This document shows positions 1 through 8,786 of a stretch of DNA of 64,000 nucleotides, in pieces (the stretch's first letter is position 1; each line of letters begins with the position of its first letter). The notes under the pieces are model-generated. The model worked only from the letters and a program-made list of their open reading frames with translations, ran no database searches and had not been told where the DNA came from. Source of the DNA: Candidatus Obscuribacteraceae bacterium. Its GTDB lineage: Bacteria > Cyanobacteriota > Vampirovibrionia > Obscuribacterales > Obscuribacteraceae. The position numbers were made by a program, and so were the translations under genes. The stretch is from the NCBI GenBank assembly GCA_044226015.1, contig JBGAHS010000010.1, forward strand, positions 128,001 through 192,000. The letters run 5' to 3'.

Positions 1-67
1 TTCGCTCCGAGTTCAGAGTAAGAATGCCCAGATTCTCGCGAACTTCTGTTGAAATTAGTCTATACAT
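1..67 (-). CDS. N-terminus of a gene running off the window edge, possibly crotonase/enoyl-CoA hydratase family
   Basis: ATG at 67 (minus) reads MYRLISTEVRENLGILTLNSER, resembling crotonase N-termini; only 22 codons are visible. Confidence 0.4.
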   Translation of the reverse strand, partial: MYRLISTEVRENLGILTLNSER

Positions 68-375
68 TTGATTGTAGATTACCGGTAACTATGACTCGAC
101 AGTTTACATCAAAAGGGCTCAAGTAATCCCACAGTTGCCAGAATGTAAAGGCTGCACAAAAGCGCAACAAAAAGAGAGTCAAAATGATCGCAGCAAAATA
201 GCTGCAGCACAAAGATTCCCCGCGGTGCTAAGCAAAGTTAATCGCACCAAAAGGGCTGCGAAACAAATAGCGCAAAGTGAATCACATTAGAAGTCCAGCA
301 AAGCACGGCGTTTCCAACTGTCTGAACCAAAGCGAATTGCACTTAGCGCGGCGCTTCCGAATGCGCCTAGCTCAT

Positions 376-1632
376 CTAATCTTCGTTGACCTTTTGTTTC
401 GTGGTCTGAAAAAATCGAATAATGCCAGCGGCAAGCAGCAGCGCATCGAACAACGCATAGACCTTTGCAAAAGGCTTTGTGTCATTGTCACTTAGCGGCA
501 AGAAAATTAGCCAACTTATGATTGGATAAAAATAGAGCGAGTAAAACCAAAATTTATTCGCAAAACCCGCTAGTTTTGAGCCTGCACTATCTACCAGCTT
601 ATCGACATCGCTAAGCTGATAACCTGGCAGCGTCAACGCTGCCGCGATGAAAACAATTAAGCAGTCATAAACCATACTATGAGGACTGAACAAAATTGCA
701 GTCATTATGGTCAGTGCAATCGGCCAGTTGAAGCTGTCTGGAGCATCCGACCCTCTTGTTGCTTTTCGCCAAATGAAAAACAAGAGCACAAGCGCAGCCA
801 AATACAAGAATGCAGCAGCATAAAGTGCAATCTCCGACGGCAAAAACGCGCTGAACAATCCTCGCAAGCTTATCATCGCTCCAGCATTCGCCTGCATCTG
901 ACCCGCTTGCTTTTCTGCAGAAAGAAGCGTCTGATGGTAGTTCAAAACAGAATCAGTCCCTATGGAAAATGCCGCAAGTCCTAGTAATAAGAGCTCGGTG
1001 CAAACAGCAGTTACAATCAACTTTGTACGCTTCAGAAAGAGAGCTGGAAACGCCACTGGGAAAATGTACTGAGGTTTTATGCAAAGTAGGGCCAGACAAA
1101 TCCCCGCAAGGATATCCTTTTTCCTTTTCAGCGAAAGAAAATACAAACCCATCAAGGTAAGGTAAAACCAGGCGAATTGCCCCCACCAGACATTGAACCA
1201 GGCAGGAAAGCACGCCGTTGCAGCTAGCAAAAACGCAAAGATCGCTGGCGCGGGCCACTTCCTTTCCGTCAGCGTTTGAAACAAAATGTAAGAACCACTG
1301 GCAATCGAAATTACGCACCAGACCAGATATGAGGTGCCCAATCCCATTAGTGCAAATGGCACCATCAGTGGAAACACAAAGGGGACAAACTGAATGAACC
1401 AGAGTTCCGTCACATGCTGCGGACTGATAACTTTGTTCGTCCATGCTAGCTGAACCTGGGGATCGTAGACATGGAAACGATCCGGCGAAAGAGCCATTGC
1501 TCCACACTGGTAGTAATGTATAAAATCCCAACAAAGCGGCCAACGTTCAACGCTGAAATGAATCAAGCATGCGTATGCAAGCAGATTCCAGACTACAAGC
1601 AAAATCACATACAGCACTGTTGAAGCTTTCAT
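376..1632 (-). CDS. Membrane glycosyltransferase, GT87/DUF2029-like
   Basis: Polytopic protein with WDF.hYY, GQ, GICLALLCIKPQY and SPHSMVYD motifs; start ATG 1632 (MKAST) has an AAGGAG RBS. Confidence 0.8.
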   Translation of the reverse strand: MKASTVLYVILLVVWNLLAYACLIHFSVERWPLCWDFIHYYQCGAMALSPDRFHVYDPQVQLAWTNKVISPQHVTELWFIQFVPFVFPLMVPFALMGLGTSYLVWCVISIASGSYILFQTLTERKWPAPAIFAFLLAATACFPAWFNVWWGQFAWFYLTLMGLYFLSLKRKKDILAGICLALLCIKPQYIFPVAFPALFLKRTKLIVTAVCTELLLLGLAAFSIGTDSVLNYHQTLLSAEKQAGQMQANAGAMISLRGLFSAFLPSEIALYAAAFLYLAALVLLFFIWRKATRGSDAPDSFNWPIALTIMTAILFSPHSMVYDCLIVFIAAALTLPGYQLSDVDKLVDSAGSKLAGFANKFWFYSLYFYPIISWLIFLPLSDNDTKPFAKVYALFDALLLAAGIIRFFQTTKQKVNED

Positions 1633-1908
1633 TGCGCAAGCTCCTTGTGCAATGGTGAGTGCCACCAGTCAATATTCGTTGAAGCTTTCACTGAGCAAGC
1701 TCCTTGAGCAACGGTGAGTGCCACCAGTCAATATTCGTTGAAGCTTTCATTGCGCAAGCTCCTTGTGCAATGGTGAGTGCCACCAGTTAATATTCGTTGA
1801 AGCTTTCATTGTGGAAGCTCCTTATGCAATGGTGAGTGCCAGTCAATATTCGTTGAAGCTTTCATTGTGGAAGCTCCTTAATCAAAGGTGATTTCCAGTC
1901 AATATTTG
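1619..1908 (-). repeat. Tandem 56-59 bp repeat (about 5 copies) of the gene junction, encoding four coupled mini-ORFs
   Basis: Unit gttgaagctttcattgcgcaagctccttgtgcaatggtgagtgccaccagtcaatattc repeats head-to-tail; the last copy is the 3' end of the upstream CDS. Confidence 0.95.
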
Positions 1909-3520
1909 GCGAGCCTAATTTTAGAAAGACAGGAAATCCGTCAACCAGAAATTTTTTATACTTTCCTTCCAAATAGGGCTGGGCATCTTGCGGCAACGCC
2001 CATAACTCCACCACCACATCTGGTGCCAGATCGCCAATCGAGTGTTTGTAGTCCCATTTCATATGACCGGGGTAAAACCAGCGCGACGAAGCTTCTTCGG
2101 GTGCGATCTTCTCCAAACTATGCATGTCCTCTTTGGCTACGACAGTATCGCATTTGCCGAGTATATCTATGCAATTGCGACCGACATAGTATGGCAATAT
2201 TCCGCACAATGTGGCTGCAATATGTCCATGTTCGAGTACGACCTTCTTCAGTGACAATGCTAACTCTAGTCGGTTTTTGTTTGGCTCCCAGGAAATAGGA
2301 TGGTCCAGTAATATCAGGTTTCGTAACCCCGGGACATTGTTGAACGATGGTAACGCTATCAATGCAATCAGAACTGCGACTTTTGCTGGTAACGATTCTA
2401 ATTTGCCCGCAGCTTTCAATTTTATTTGCGACAAAGCTCGAATACCACATGTGAAAATGATGAAAAACAACGGTATCGCCTGCGTGATGTATCTATTTCC
2501 CCACGCTTCCCAGGCGTCTCCGCCAACATAACTGCTGTACGCAAATTGTCCAGCAACAATCATTGCCAGATAGAGCGTGAAGCTTTGAGCGCGCTCTTTG
2601 AAAACTCCAAAGGCTGCAATGGCAAACAGCCACGGATTAGATTGCACGACAAATCGGTAAACGTTGAACAATCCCTGCGCAATTCTAGCCATCGGCGGAT
2701 AGCCCGTTACTTTTAAGTAGTACGTATTAGGAAGAAGATCGTGGTAATAACTGTAGCGGAACAGCTCCAGCAGTCCGAGTGAAGATCCCAACGCTATGCC
2801 GCCCTGAAGCAGATGCTTCATTCGCTGACTCTTGTCGAAAAGAAAAAGGAAGATGGTAGTACCAAGCAAAGGAACCACAGAATCCATGCGTACAAAAATT
2901 GCAAACCAGAAAAGTATGAATGCAATCAATGCCGATTTTCCAGTGGCAAGACATTCTTGAATAACGAAAGCCGCGGCAGTCAAAAGAAGCGCTAAAACTC
3001 CTACTTCCATACCCTGCAACGACCAGTTGTTTAGTGGCAGATAGAAAGCCGTCAAAACAACTGGAAGCAAAACCAACCAACTCTCCTTGCCAAAAATACC
3101 AACAGAGATCTTCTTCACCAGAAAAATGGTGGCAAGTTGAACAAATACGCCTGTAATATGAATCGCCAGGCAGATTCTTGATTCTGGAATTGGCAGAAGA
3201 TGAAAAATGCTCATGTACAAAGTCCAGAGCAGGTTGGTGAAGCCTTCGACTGGCTGTTCTCCAGGATTCCATACCAATCCCGCACCATGCGCCAAATTGT
3301 ATGCATAGCGCATCGAAATCATGGCATCATCGAATAAAACGAAATACCTTTCGCCGCTTGCGATAGTAATGGAGCACGAGTAGATGAATAAGCTTGCATA
3401 GACGACATACGCGAGCATTATCACTCCTGTAAGCAAGTCGATCTTTCTGGAGTGATTGATAGAACTGCTATTTGGGCTTTCGGTCTCTATCTTGAAATTC
3501 CTGCAATTAATACCAGCCAT
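1862..3520 (-). CDS. GT-C-type polytopic membrane glycosyltransferase (arabinofuranosyltransferase/PMT-like)
   Basis: DDAMISMRYA, VEGFTNLLW, GME, RMD, LLPNTYYLK and GGD motifs, many TM helices; start uncertain (ORF is open to 3646). Confidence 0.7.
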   Translation of the reverse strand: MAGINCRNFKIETESPNSSSINHSRKIDLLTGVIMLAYVVYASLFIYSCSITIASGERYFVLFDDAMISMRYAYNLAHGAGLVWNPGEQPVEGFTNLLWTLYMSIFHLLPIPESRICLAIHITGVFVQLATIFLVKKISVGIFGKESWLVLLPVVLTAFYLPLNNWSLQGMEVGVLALLLTAAAFVIQECLATGKSALIAFILFWFAIFVRMDSVVPLLGTTIFLFLFDKSQRMKHLLQGGIALGSSLGLLELFRYSYYHDLLPNTYYLKVTGYPPMARIAQGLFNVYRFVVQSNPWLFAIAAFGVFKERAQSFTLYLAMIVAGQFAYSSYVGGDAWEAWGNRYITQAIPLFFIIFTCGIRALSQIKLKAAGKLESLPAKVAVLIALIALPSFNNVPGLRNLILLDHPISWEPNKNRLELALSLKKVVLEHGHIAATLCGILPYYVGRNCIDILGKCDTVVAKEDMHSLEKIAPEEASSRWFYPGHMKWDYKHSIGDLAPDVVVELWALPQDAQPYLEGKYKKFLVDGFPVFLKLGSPNIDWKSPLIKELPQ

Positions 3521-3684
3521 TCTAACCTGGCAGATCATTGACTGCAAGCAGTCCTGTGGCAGCTCCCTCGTAATTGGCAGCAAGCAGTCCTGCGTGCGCC
3601 CTCGCTGGTGCTTGCAACTTGCTATGGGGAACAGGAACTCAAGCATTGCGTCACATTAGCGGTAATTCTATGAGGTTTAATATA

Positions 3685-3996
3685 ATGCACTCCAAAATTG
3701 CTAAATTCGGAATTGCTTTGAGTTTGCTCACTGCAACCAGTCTATCTGCTGCTATTGCGAGCGATACGGAAGAAACTACAATCAAGGTAAAAGGTGCTCC
3801 GACTGCTGAAACGACAACCACCACGTCGTCTTCGCCGGTGGTGATTCAAGATGACTTCGGAAACACTACAGTGGTGCCTGGCGATAAAACTGTGGAAACC
3901 ACAACAAGTGGACGTATTAAGGAAGAGAAAGTCCATACAAAGAAGAAAAAATCATCGCACCATTTAATCAACCTTTTTGGCGTCAAAGTTCTTTAA
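3685..3996 (+). CDS. Small secreted hypothetical protein
   Basis: Signal peptide MHSKIAKFGIALSLLTATSLSAAIA, Thr-rich body, basic C-terminus. Confidence 0.65.
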   Translation: MHSKIAKFGIALSLLTATSLSAAIASDTEETTIKVKGAPTAETTTTTSSSPVVIQDDFGNTTVVPGDKTVETTTSGRIKEEKVHTKKKKSSHHLINLFGVKVL

Positions 3997-4064
3997 TGGC
4001 TATCGGTTGTTCCGCAGCATAAGTAGGTCTACAAAAAATCTGCTTGACGCGTTAGCGGAGCAAT

Positions 4065-4772
4065 TTATTCCGCCACTTTCATCATGATTACTGGAGCAGT
4101 CTCTGCCTCTGGTGCCACAGTATTCGTTGCCTTTTCCCCGCGCTCGGCAGTCTGTCCTGCAGCCTCAGGCGTTAACCTCTGTGACATTCTGGCTGAACTT
4201 GCACCACCGGTGGTGTTATATGGCGATGTTTCGTCCTCTACAGATTGTCCGTTAGGATGAATAATCTCTGAGTGCACAGACTCAGTAGCTCGATATCTTC
4301 TCTTAGGAGCTGAATCAGCTGTTGGAACCACTTCCGGAGCTGCAGGCTGGGCTGCACGAGCCTGAGGCTGTTCTTGCTCGTCATCCATGAACCAGTCGCT
4401 ATTATCAGATGCTCTCTGTCTTCTAACTGGCGTTGCCGCTGTTCTAATGGGTTGCGCTTCTTCGTGACTGCGCTCGTATTGCGGTGGCGGTTGTGGTGGC
4501 ATCGCCGCCTCTTGCGCCGTCGGCTGATTTGCTGGTACTTCCTTTTGAGCTTCTTTTCTGTGCAGAAGATGCGGTTTCGGCATTTCGACAACCACCTGCT
4601 TGATCATCAGAGGAATCATCGGAACCGTGGTTAGCACTATGGGCAATACTATTGGTATCAGTCTGGTGGCTAACCCGACGAGCGGCTCGGCTTGAGCTCT
4701 AGCAGGGATTTGAGTCTGCGACAAACTGCAAATCAGTAAGCACAAAACTAGTAGACGTTTCCTGGAACTCAT
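4065..4772 (-). CDS. Hypothetical secreted/membrane protein with Pro/Ala/Gln-rich tail
   Basis: 235-aa ORF with signal peptide, a hydrophobic segment and a low-complexity region. Confidence 0.65.
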   Translation of the reverse strand: MSSRKRLLVLCLLICSLSQTQIPARAQAEPLVGLATRLIPIVLPIVLTTVPMIPLMIKQVVVEMPKPHLLHRKEAQKEVPANQPTAQEAAMPPQPPPQYERSHEEAQPIRTAATPVRRQRASDNSDWFMDDEQEQPQARAAQPAAPEVVPTADSAPKRRYRATESVHSEIIHPNGQSVEDETSPYNTTGGASSARMSQRLTPEAAGQTAERGEKATNTVAPEAETAPVIMMKVAE

Positions 4773-5074
4773 GTAACACCTTTAGCTTGCCGTTTTTACG
4801 GACGCTCAATGCCTTGAACGACACAGCCCCTAGTTTAGCATCAGTTGTTAATAGGACGTGGATCTTAGATTTTTCTTGCTCTTATCAAGACATAGATTGC
4901 AAAAATGTAAGCGCGCCTCTTTACTTCTTTGCCGATAAATCAATTCTAATCATCGCTTGCCACAGCCGGAAACAGTTAGGACTGTTGGCATTCCCGCTTG
5001 GACCTTTCGGAAGCAGATGAAGGTCGGAGCCGAATAAACCGTGTATTCGAGTCCAATAGTAGACGAGCCTGATG

Positions 5075-5285
5075 TGATGGATCCGAGTCTGATGGATCCG
5101 AGCCTGATGGATCCGAGCCTGATGGATCCGAGCCTGATGGATCCGCGTCCATCTGGTCCGGGCCCATCTGGATTCGGTCCACCGTGATTCGAGTCTGATG
5201 GATCCGAGCTTGATGGATCCGCGTCCATCTGGTCCGGGCCCCTGGATCCGGTCCACCGTGATTCGAGTCCGTCGAATTCCGAATC
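5075..5285. repeat. 15-bp minisatellite (about 14 units) with a higher-order 5-unit duplication
   Basis: tgatggatccgagcc-type units; block 5120-5195 recurs at 5196-5269. Confidence 0.9.
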
Positions 5286-5315
5286 CACCTACAGCAGCGC
5301 ATCGCCGACGCTATG

Positions 5316-6353
5316 CTACGGACCCGGAGCCTCCTCGCTCGATTCGCTATTCTCTTCCAATTTGGGTCTGATCGTGAATTGTTCTGAATTCAAACTGTAG
5401 CCATAAAGCACCGATTCACTGGTAAGCGCCTTCGGCAGAATATGCGCGTGCAGCTTCGCCTCCGGAAATTTGCTAAAAAGCGAAAGCCAAAATTCGTCGC
5501 TATCACTGAAGATCCGTTCGCTTACTAAGTATGAGCCGTAAAACGAACCCTGGTACACAAAGCTCAGCGCCATTGGCGTATCTGTTTCCTCATCCAAAAG
5601 GTTCAGGCAAGAGGTTTCTTTATGGTCCGAGAAATGGTGAAGCATACTCTTACAATAAGCAAATTCATTCGAATCGCTCTTGGTTTGATCCACATAGCCC
5701 AGGAAAAGTGCGGACATGGAAAGAATTATCTCTTTTGGGAGTTCATACATTTCCATCTCAGCATCGGTGTCATCTTGCGAGAGATCTTCCATCAATTTTT
5801 TGATGCCAATCTCAAACGGGTAGGGATCCCTGTTCGGCTTCTTTGTGTAGATTGAGCCAACGACACGCCCTGCATAGAAAATGAGTGCCGCGCGTGACAA
5901 GCTGCTTTGGCAGTAAATCTTCGTACATCCTGTGAAGCTCGTTTCCTCGAGTGATGGTATGAATTCTAAGGCTCGCTGTTTGTCAAGCTTTACCATCATC
6001 GGTGCATTCTGCAGTGGTGGCATAATCACGTCAACAGCACGACGAAGGGAAATGTACTTGGGATGGGCTTCGGCCCAAACCGAGAAGGCGTTCTCTGCAT
6101 CGCTCGCTGTGCTGTGTTGCACGCGAGAAGATGTGCCCATCGTGAATGCAAATGTGAAAAGCGCCTGCTCACCGTCCATACAAACGAAAGTTGTTGGAAC
6201 CACCTTCCCGATTTCAATTGGATGGGTGCTTGGCAAAAATCCTTTTAATGGTCCCGGCACTACCGATACGCGATAGCCACCAGGTTCCGGCGACTCGACT
6301 CGGCACCAAATGCACTCTCCAGGTTTGAGTTTTGGCTTAGCTGATTTTCCCAT
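5316..6353 (-). CDS. Hypothetical protein with S1/OB-like N-terminus and two DUF4388-like domains
   Basis: N-terminus KPGECIWCRVESPEPGGYRV...GFLP; FTGCTKI...RAALIFYAGRVVGS motif with a second degenerate copy. Confidence 0.6.
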   Translation of the reverse strand: MGKSAKPKLKPGECIWCRVESPEPGGYRVSVVPGPLKGFLPSTHPIEIGKVVPTTFVCMDGEQALFTFAFTMGTSSRVQHSTASDAENAFSVWAEAHPKYISLRRAVDVIMPPLQNAPMMVKLDKQRALEFIPSLEETSFTGCTKIYCQSSLSRAALIFYAGRVVGSIYTKKPNRDPYPFEIGIKKLMEDLSQDDTDAEMEMYELPKEIILSMSALFLGYVDQTKSDSNEFAYCKSMLHHFSDHKETSCLNLLDEETDTPMALSFVYQGSFYGSYLVSERIFSDSDEFWLSLFSKFPEAKLHAHILPKALTSESVLYGYSLNSEQFTIRPKLEENSESSEEAPGP

Positions 6354-6705
6354 CGCTATATATTATCACTGTATTTTCGATGTCGACGTAAATTTCATAC
6401 AGCATAACCGAATAGTACCTTGCTATTAACTCTCTATTTCTGTCTCCGCGAGATGCAGATGTAACCCCTCATGGAATTGCTCAATGAGGATTTGGTGCCG
6501 TTTTTCGGTCTAGTGCTTCCGTGTTCGGATTCTGCAATTCACTCAAACATGCAGTTCAGTCAGACAAAAACACCGATCGCTTCGAACAATCCCGATCCTG
6601 AAACATGGGAATCTTCTATTGCAAACCGGTGTTCAGTTGCTTTGTTAGCTATGGTCGAATCAAACTGAGAGCATCTTTCCGCTCAACACATAAGAATCGA
6701 GAATG

Positions 6706-7101
6706 TTAAAACGCGTTGGCTCCAGCTTCGGCTACTGAATGGTCTTGTTCTCCAGATCCACCACTTACACCAATTGCGCCAACAACTTTTCCATCGCGCT
6801 TCAATGGAATGCCACCAGCAAAAATCATCACGCGCCCATCATTGCTCGCATTGATGCCAAAGAATTGATCGCCAGATTGGCTGTGTGTTGCAAGATCTTT
6901 CGTTGAAATGTCGAAGGCTCTGGAAGTCCATGCTTTCTTGATGGAAATGTCGATGCTGCCCATCCAGGCATTGTCCATGCGCACGTGTGCAACCAGGTTT
7001 CCACCAGCATCTGCAACAGCAATGTTCATTGGTTGACCTATTTCTTCTGCCTTCTTTTCAGCCGCGGCAATAACTTTTCTGGCTTCAGCAAGAGTAACTA
7101 T
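6706..7101 (-). CDS. GlcG/HbpS family heme-binding protein
   Basis: MNIAVADAGGNLVAHVRMD, KKAWTS, GGIPLKRDGKVVGAIGVSGG..EQD motifs; family-like sequence extends upstream of ATG 7029 to an ATA codon at 7101. Confidence 0.9.
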   Translation of the reverse strand: MVTLAEARKVIAAAEKKAEEIGQPMNIAVADAGGNLVAHVRMDNAWMGSIDISIKKAWTSRAFDISTKDLATHSQSGDQFFGINASNDGRVMIFAGGIPLKRDGKVVGAIGVSGGSGEQDHSVAEAGANAF

Positions 7102-7309
7102 TGTCCTGTCCTCGATTAGTAATCTTTCTCATTTTCTCACAGCATCGTTCTCGAATCTTTCCAGGTGCTGGCGAATTTTCCAAATATTACAGTAATGGAA
7201 ATACACTGCCGCAAATAGCAGTAGTCCTGTGTCGTTTCTTGTCCAAGCTCTGGACTGGCGAGCAATAGTGGTGTATTTTATCGTTCGCGATACAGCGCTG
7301 GTGGCAAGC

Positions 7310-7801
7310 ATGGCTAAATCAACTGACTTTCCTATGACTCCTGCAATTCGAGTGCTCCAGGCAAACAAAGTTTCTTTCGAACCTCACTTGTATAAGTATG
7401 AAGAGAAAGGTGGAACAAAGCATTCTGCCAGTGAACTTGGAGTCGAAGAACACTGTGTGGTCAAGACTTTAATCATGGAAACAGATACTAAAGAAGCTAT
7501 CATTGTGCTAATGCATGGTGACAAGCAAGTATCGACAAAACAGCTAGCACGAATCATCGGTGTTAAATCCGTTCAGCCCTGCAAGCCAGATCTTGCCGAC
7601 AAAAAATCAGGATACAAAGTTGGCGGCACATCACCATTTGGCACTAAAGCAAATATGCGAGTTTTCATGGAAGAATCAATCGCCCAGCTTGACAAAATCT
7701 ACATCAATGGTGGCGGTCGAGGGTTTCTCGTGAGCATCTCTCCGCAAGATGCTATTCGTGTCCTCAATCCTCAACTTGTTGCCATCGGAATTGACGAGTA
7801 A
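7310..7801 (+). CDS. ybaK: Cys-tRNA(Pro) deacylase YbaK
   Basis: TPAIRVL, VVKTLI and GYKVGGTSPFG, INGGGRG motifs. Confidence 0.9.
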   Translation: MAKSTDFPMTPAIRVLQANKVSFEPHLYKYEEKGGTKHSASELGVEEHCVVKTLIMETDTKEAIIVLMHGDKQVSTKQLARIIGVKSVQPCKPDLADKKSGYKVGGTSPFGTKANMRVFMEESIAQLDKIYINGGGRGFLVSISPQDAIRVLNPQLVAIGIDE

Positions 7802-7816
7802 TTTGTTGGCTTACAT

Positions 7817-8602
7817 CTACTTTGCCTTCTTTTCTGCAACCAACAAGAGTTTGTCTGAGCCCAGCACATAAGGGTCTGCCTCGGTAGATGAATATAGCTC
7901 AAGTATTTCAAAGCCAGCTTGAGTAAGCATCGTGCAAACTTCCCCAGTACTGAAAATCCAGTGTCGCGCAGTCTTCGTTTGTGTGGCACCGTCAGTGATG
8001 AACGTGAAATCCGTTTCTAAACTGCTAGTCTTGCAATCATACTTGTTTTCCACAAGCATGAAAGTTTTGCCAACTTGCGTCCATTCTTTTTCGGCTCCAT
8101 TTACAAGAAATGACTCGGACAGCATCTCAGTTTCCAGTACGAATCGCGCAGATGGCTTTAATGCATCTGCTATCGAACTCAAGAACTTCGCAGTGCCTTC
8201 TCTATCAAAATATCCGAAACTGTTGCCCATGCAAAATGCACCATCGAACTCACTTCGCCAGGGCAGACTACGCATATCTCCTTGTTGAAATCTGCAATTT
8301 ACTTCACTTGCTATTGCCGCTGTTTTCGCCTCTTCTACAAACTCAATACTAAAATCAATTCCCTGGACTTCAAACTCAAGCAGCCCCAGTGGAATACTCA
8401 ATCGTCCGTTTCCACAAGGGACATCCAATAATTTGCAGTTTTCAAATACCTGTAAGAACTCACAGAGGAATTCAATTTCTTCCTGTGTTTGTTCTAACGG
8501 AATCGCCCGGCGCCATAGGTCAAGTGTTGCACCTGTATAGAATTCGGCAAACCAGTTCTCGCTTTCGCCCGTTTTTGACATCGTTACTCCTTCGGAAGCC
8601 AT
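7817..8602 (-). CDS. Class I SAM-dependent methyltransferase
   Basis: LLDVPCGNGR motif I, GDMR, CMGNSFGYF. Confidence 0.9.
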   Translation of the reverse strand: MASEGVTMSKTGESENWFAEFYTGATLDLWRRAIPLEQTQEEIEFLCEFLQVFENCKLLDVPCGNGRLSIPLGLLEFEVQGIDFSIEFVEEAKTAAIASEVNCRFQQGDMRSLPWRSEFDGAFCMGNSFGYFDREGTAKFLSSIADALKPSARFVLETEMLSESFLVNGAEKEWTQVGKTFMLVENKYDCKTSSLETDFTFITDGATQTKTARHWIFSTGEVCTMLTQAGFEILELYSSTEADPYVLGSDKLLLVAEKKAK

Positions 8603-8786
8603 GATTTTAGCAAATTGCGGCTTGCTTCATCGATGGAAAATTGCCTCCTCATACCTTCGCCGTTAATTCCATGGTGGTATTGGACAATAAGTCGGCGGGG
8701 TTAACCCTACATTTTCTTCCGCAGTTTAGACCTCAGAAGAGGAGGTCCGAAATGCAATAATTTCAACAGTATCTTGGAGATTGTCT

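Noticed and set aside
150..300. A-rich region with recurring gcagcaaaa-like words
   Set aside because: No consistent period could be established by eye
1619..1908. CRISPR array
   Set aside because: Units are contiguous with no unique spacers, derive from the flanking CDS ends, and there are no cas genes
4921..5302. Three overlapping ORFs of 108-112 aa on the minus strand
   Set aside because: They are open only because the 15-bp repeat lacks stops; there is no clear RBS, and 13/16-bp units shift the peptide pattern between frames
6354..6705. Possible structured RNA or 65-aa ORF (6471-6668)
   Set aside because: Only short stems, with no family motif or RBS support
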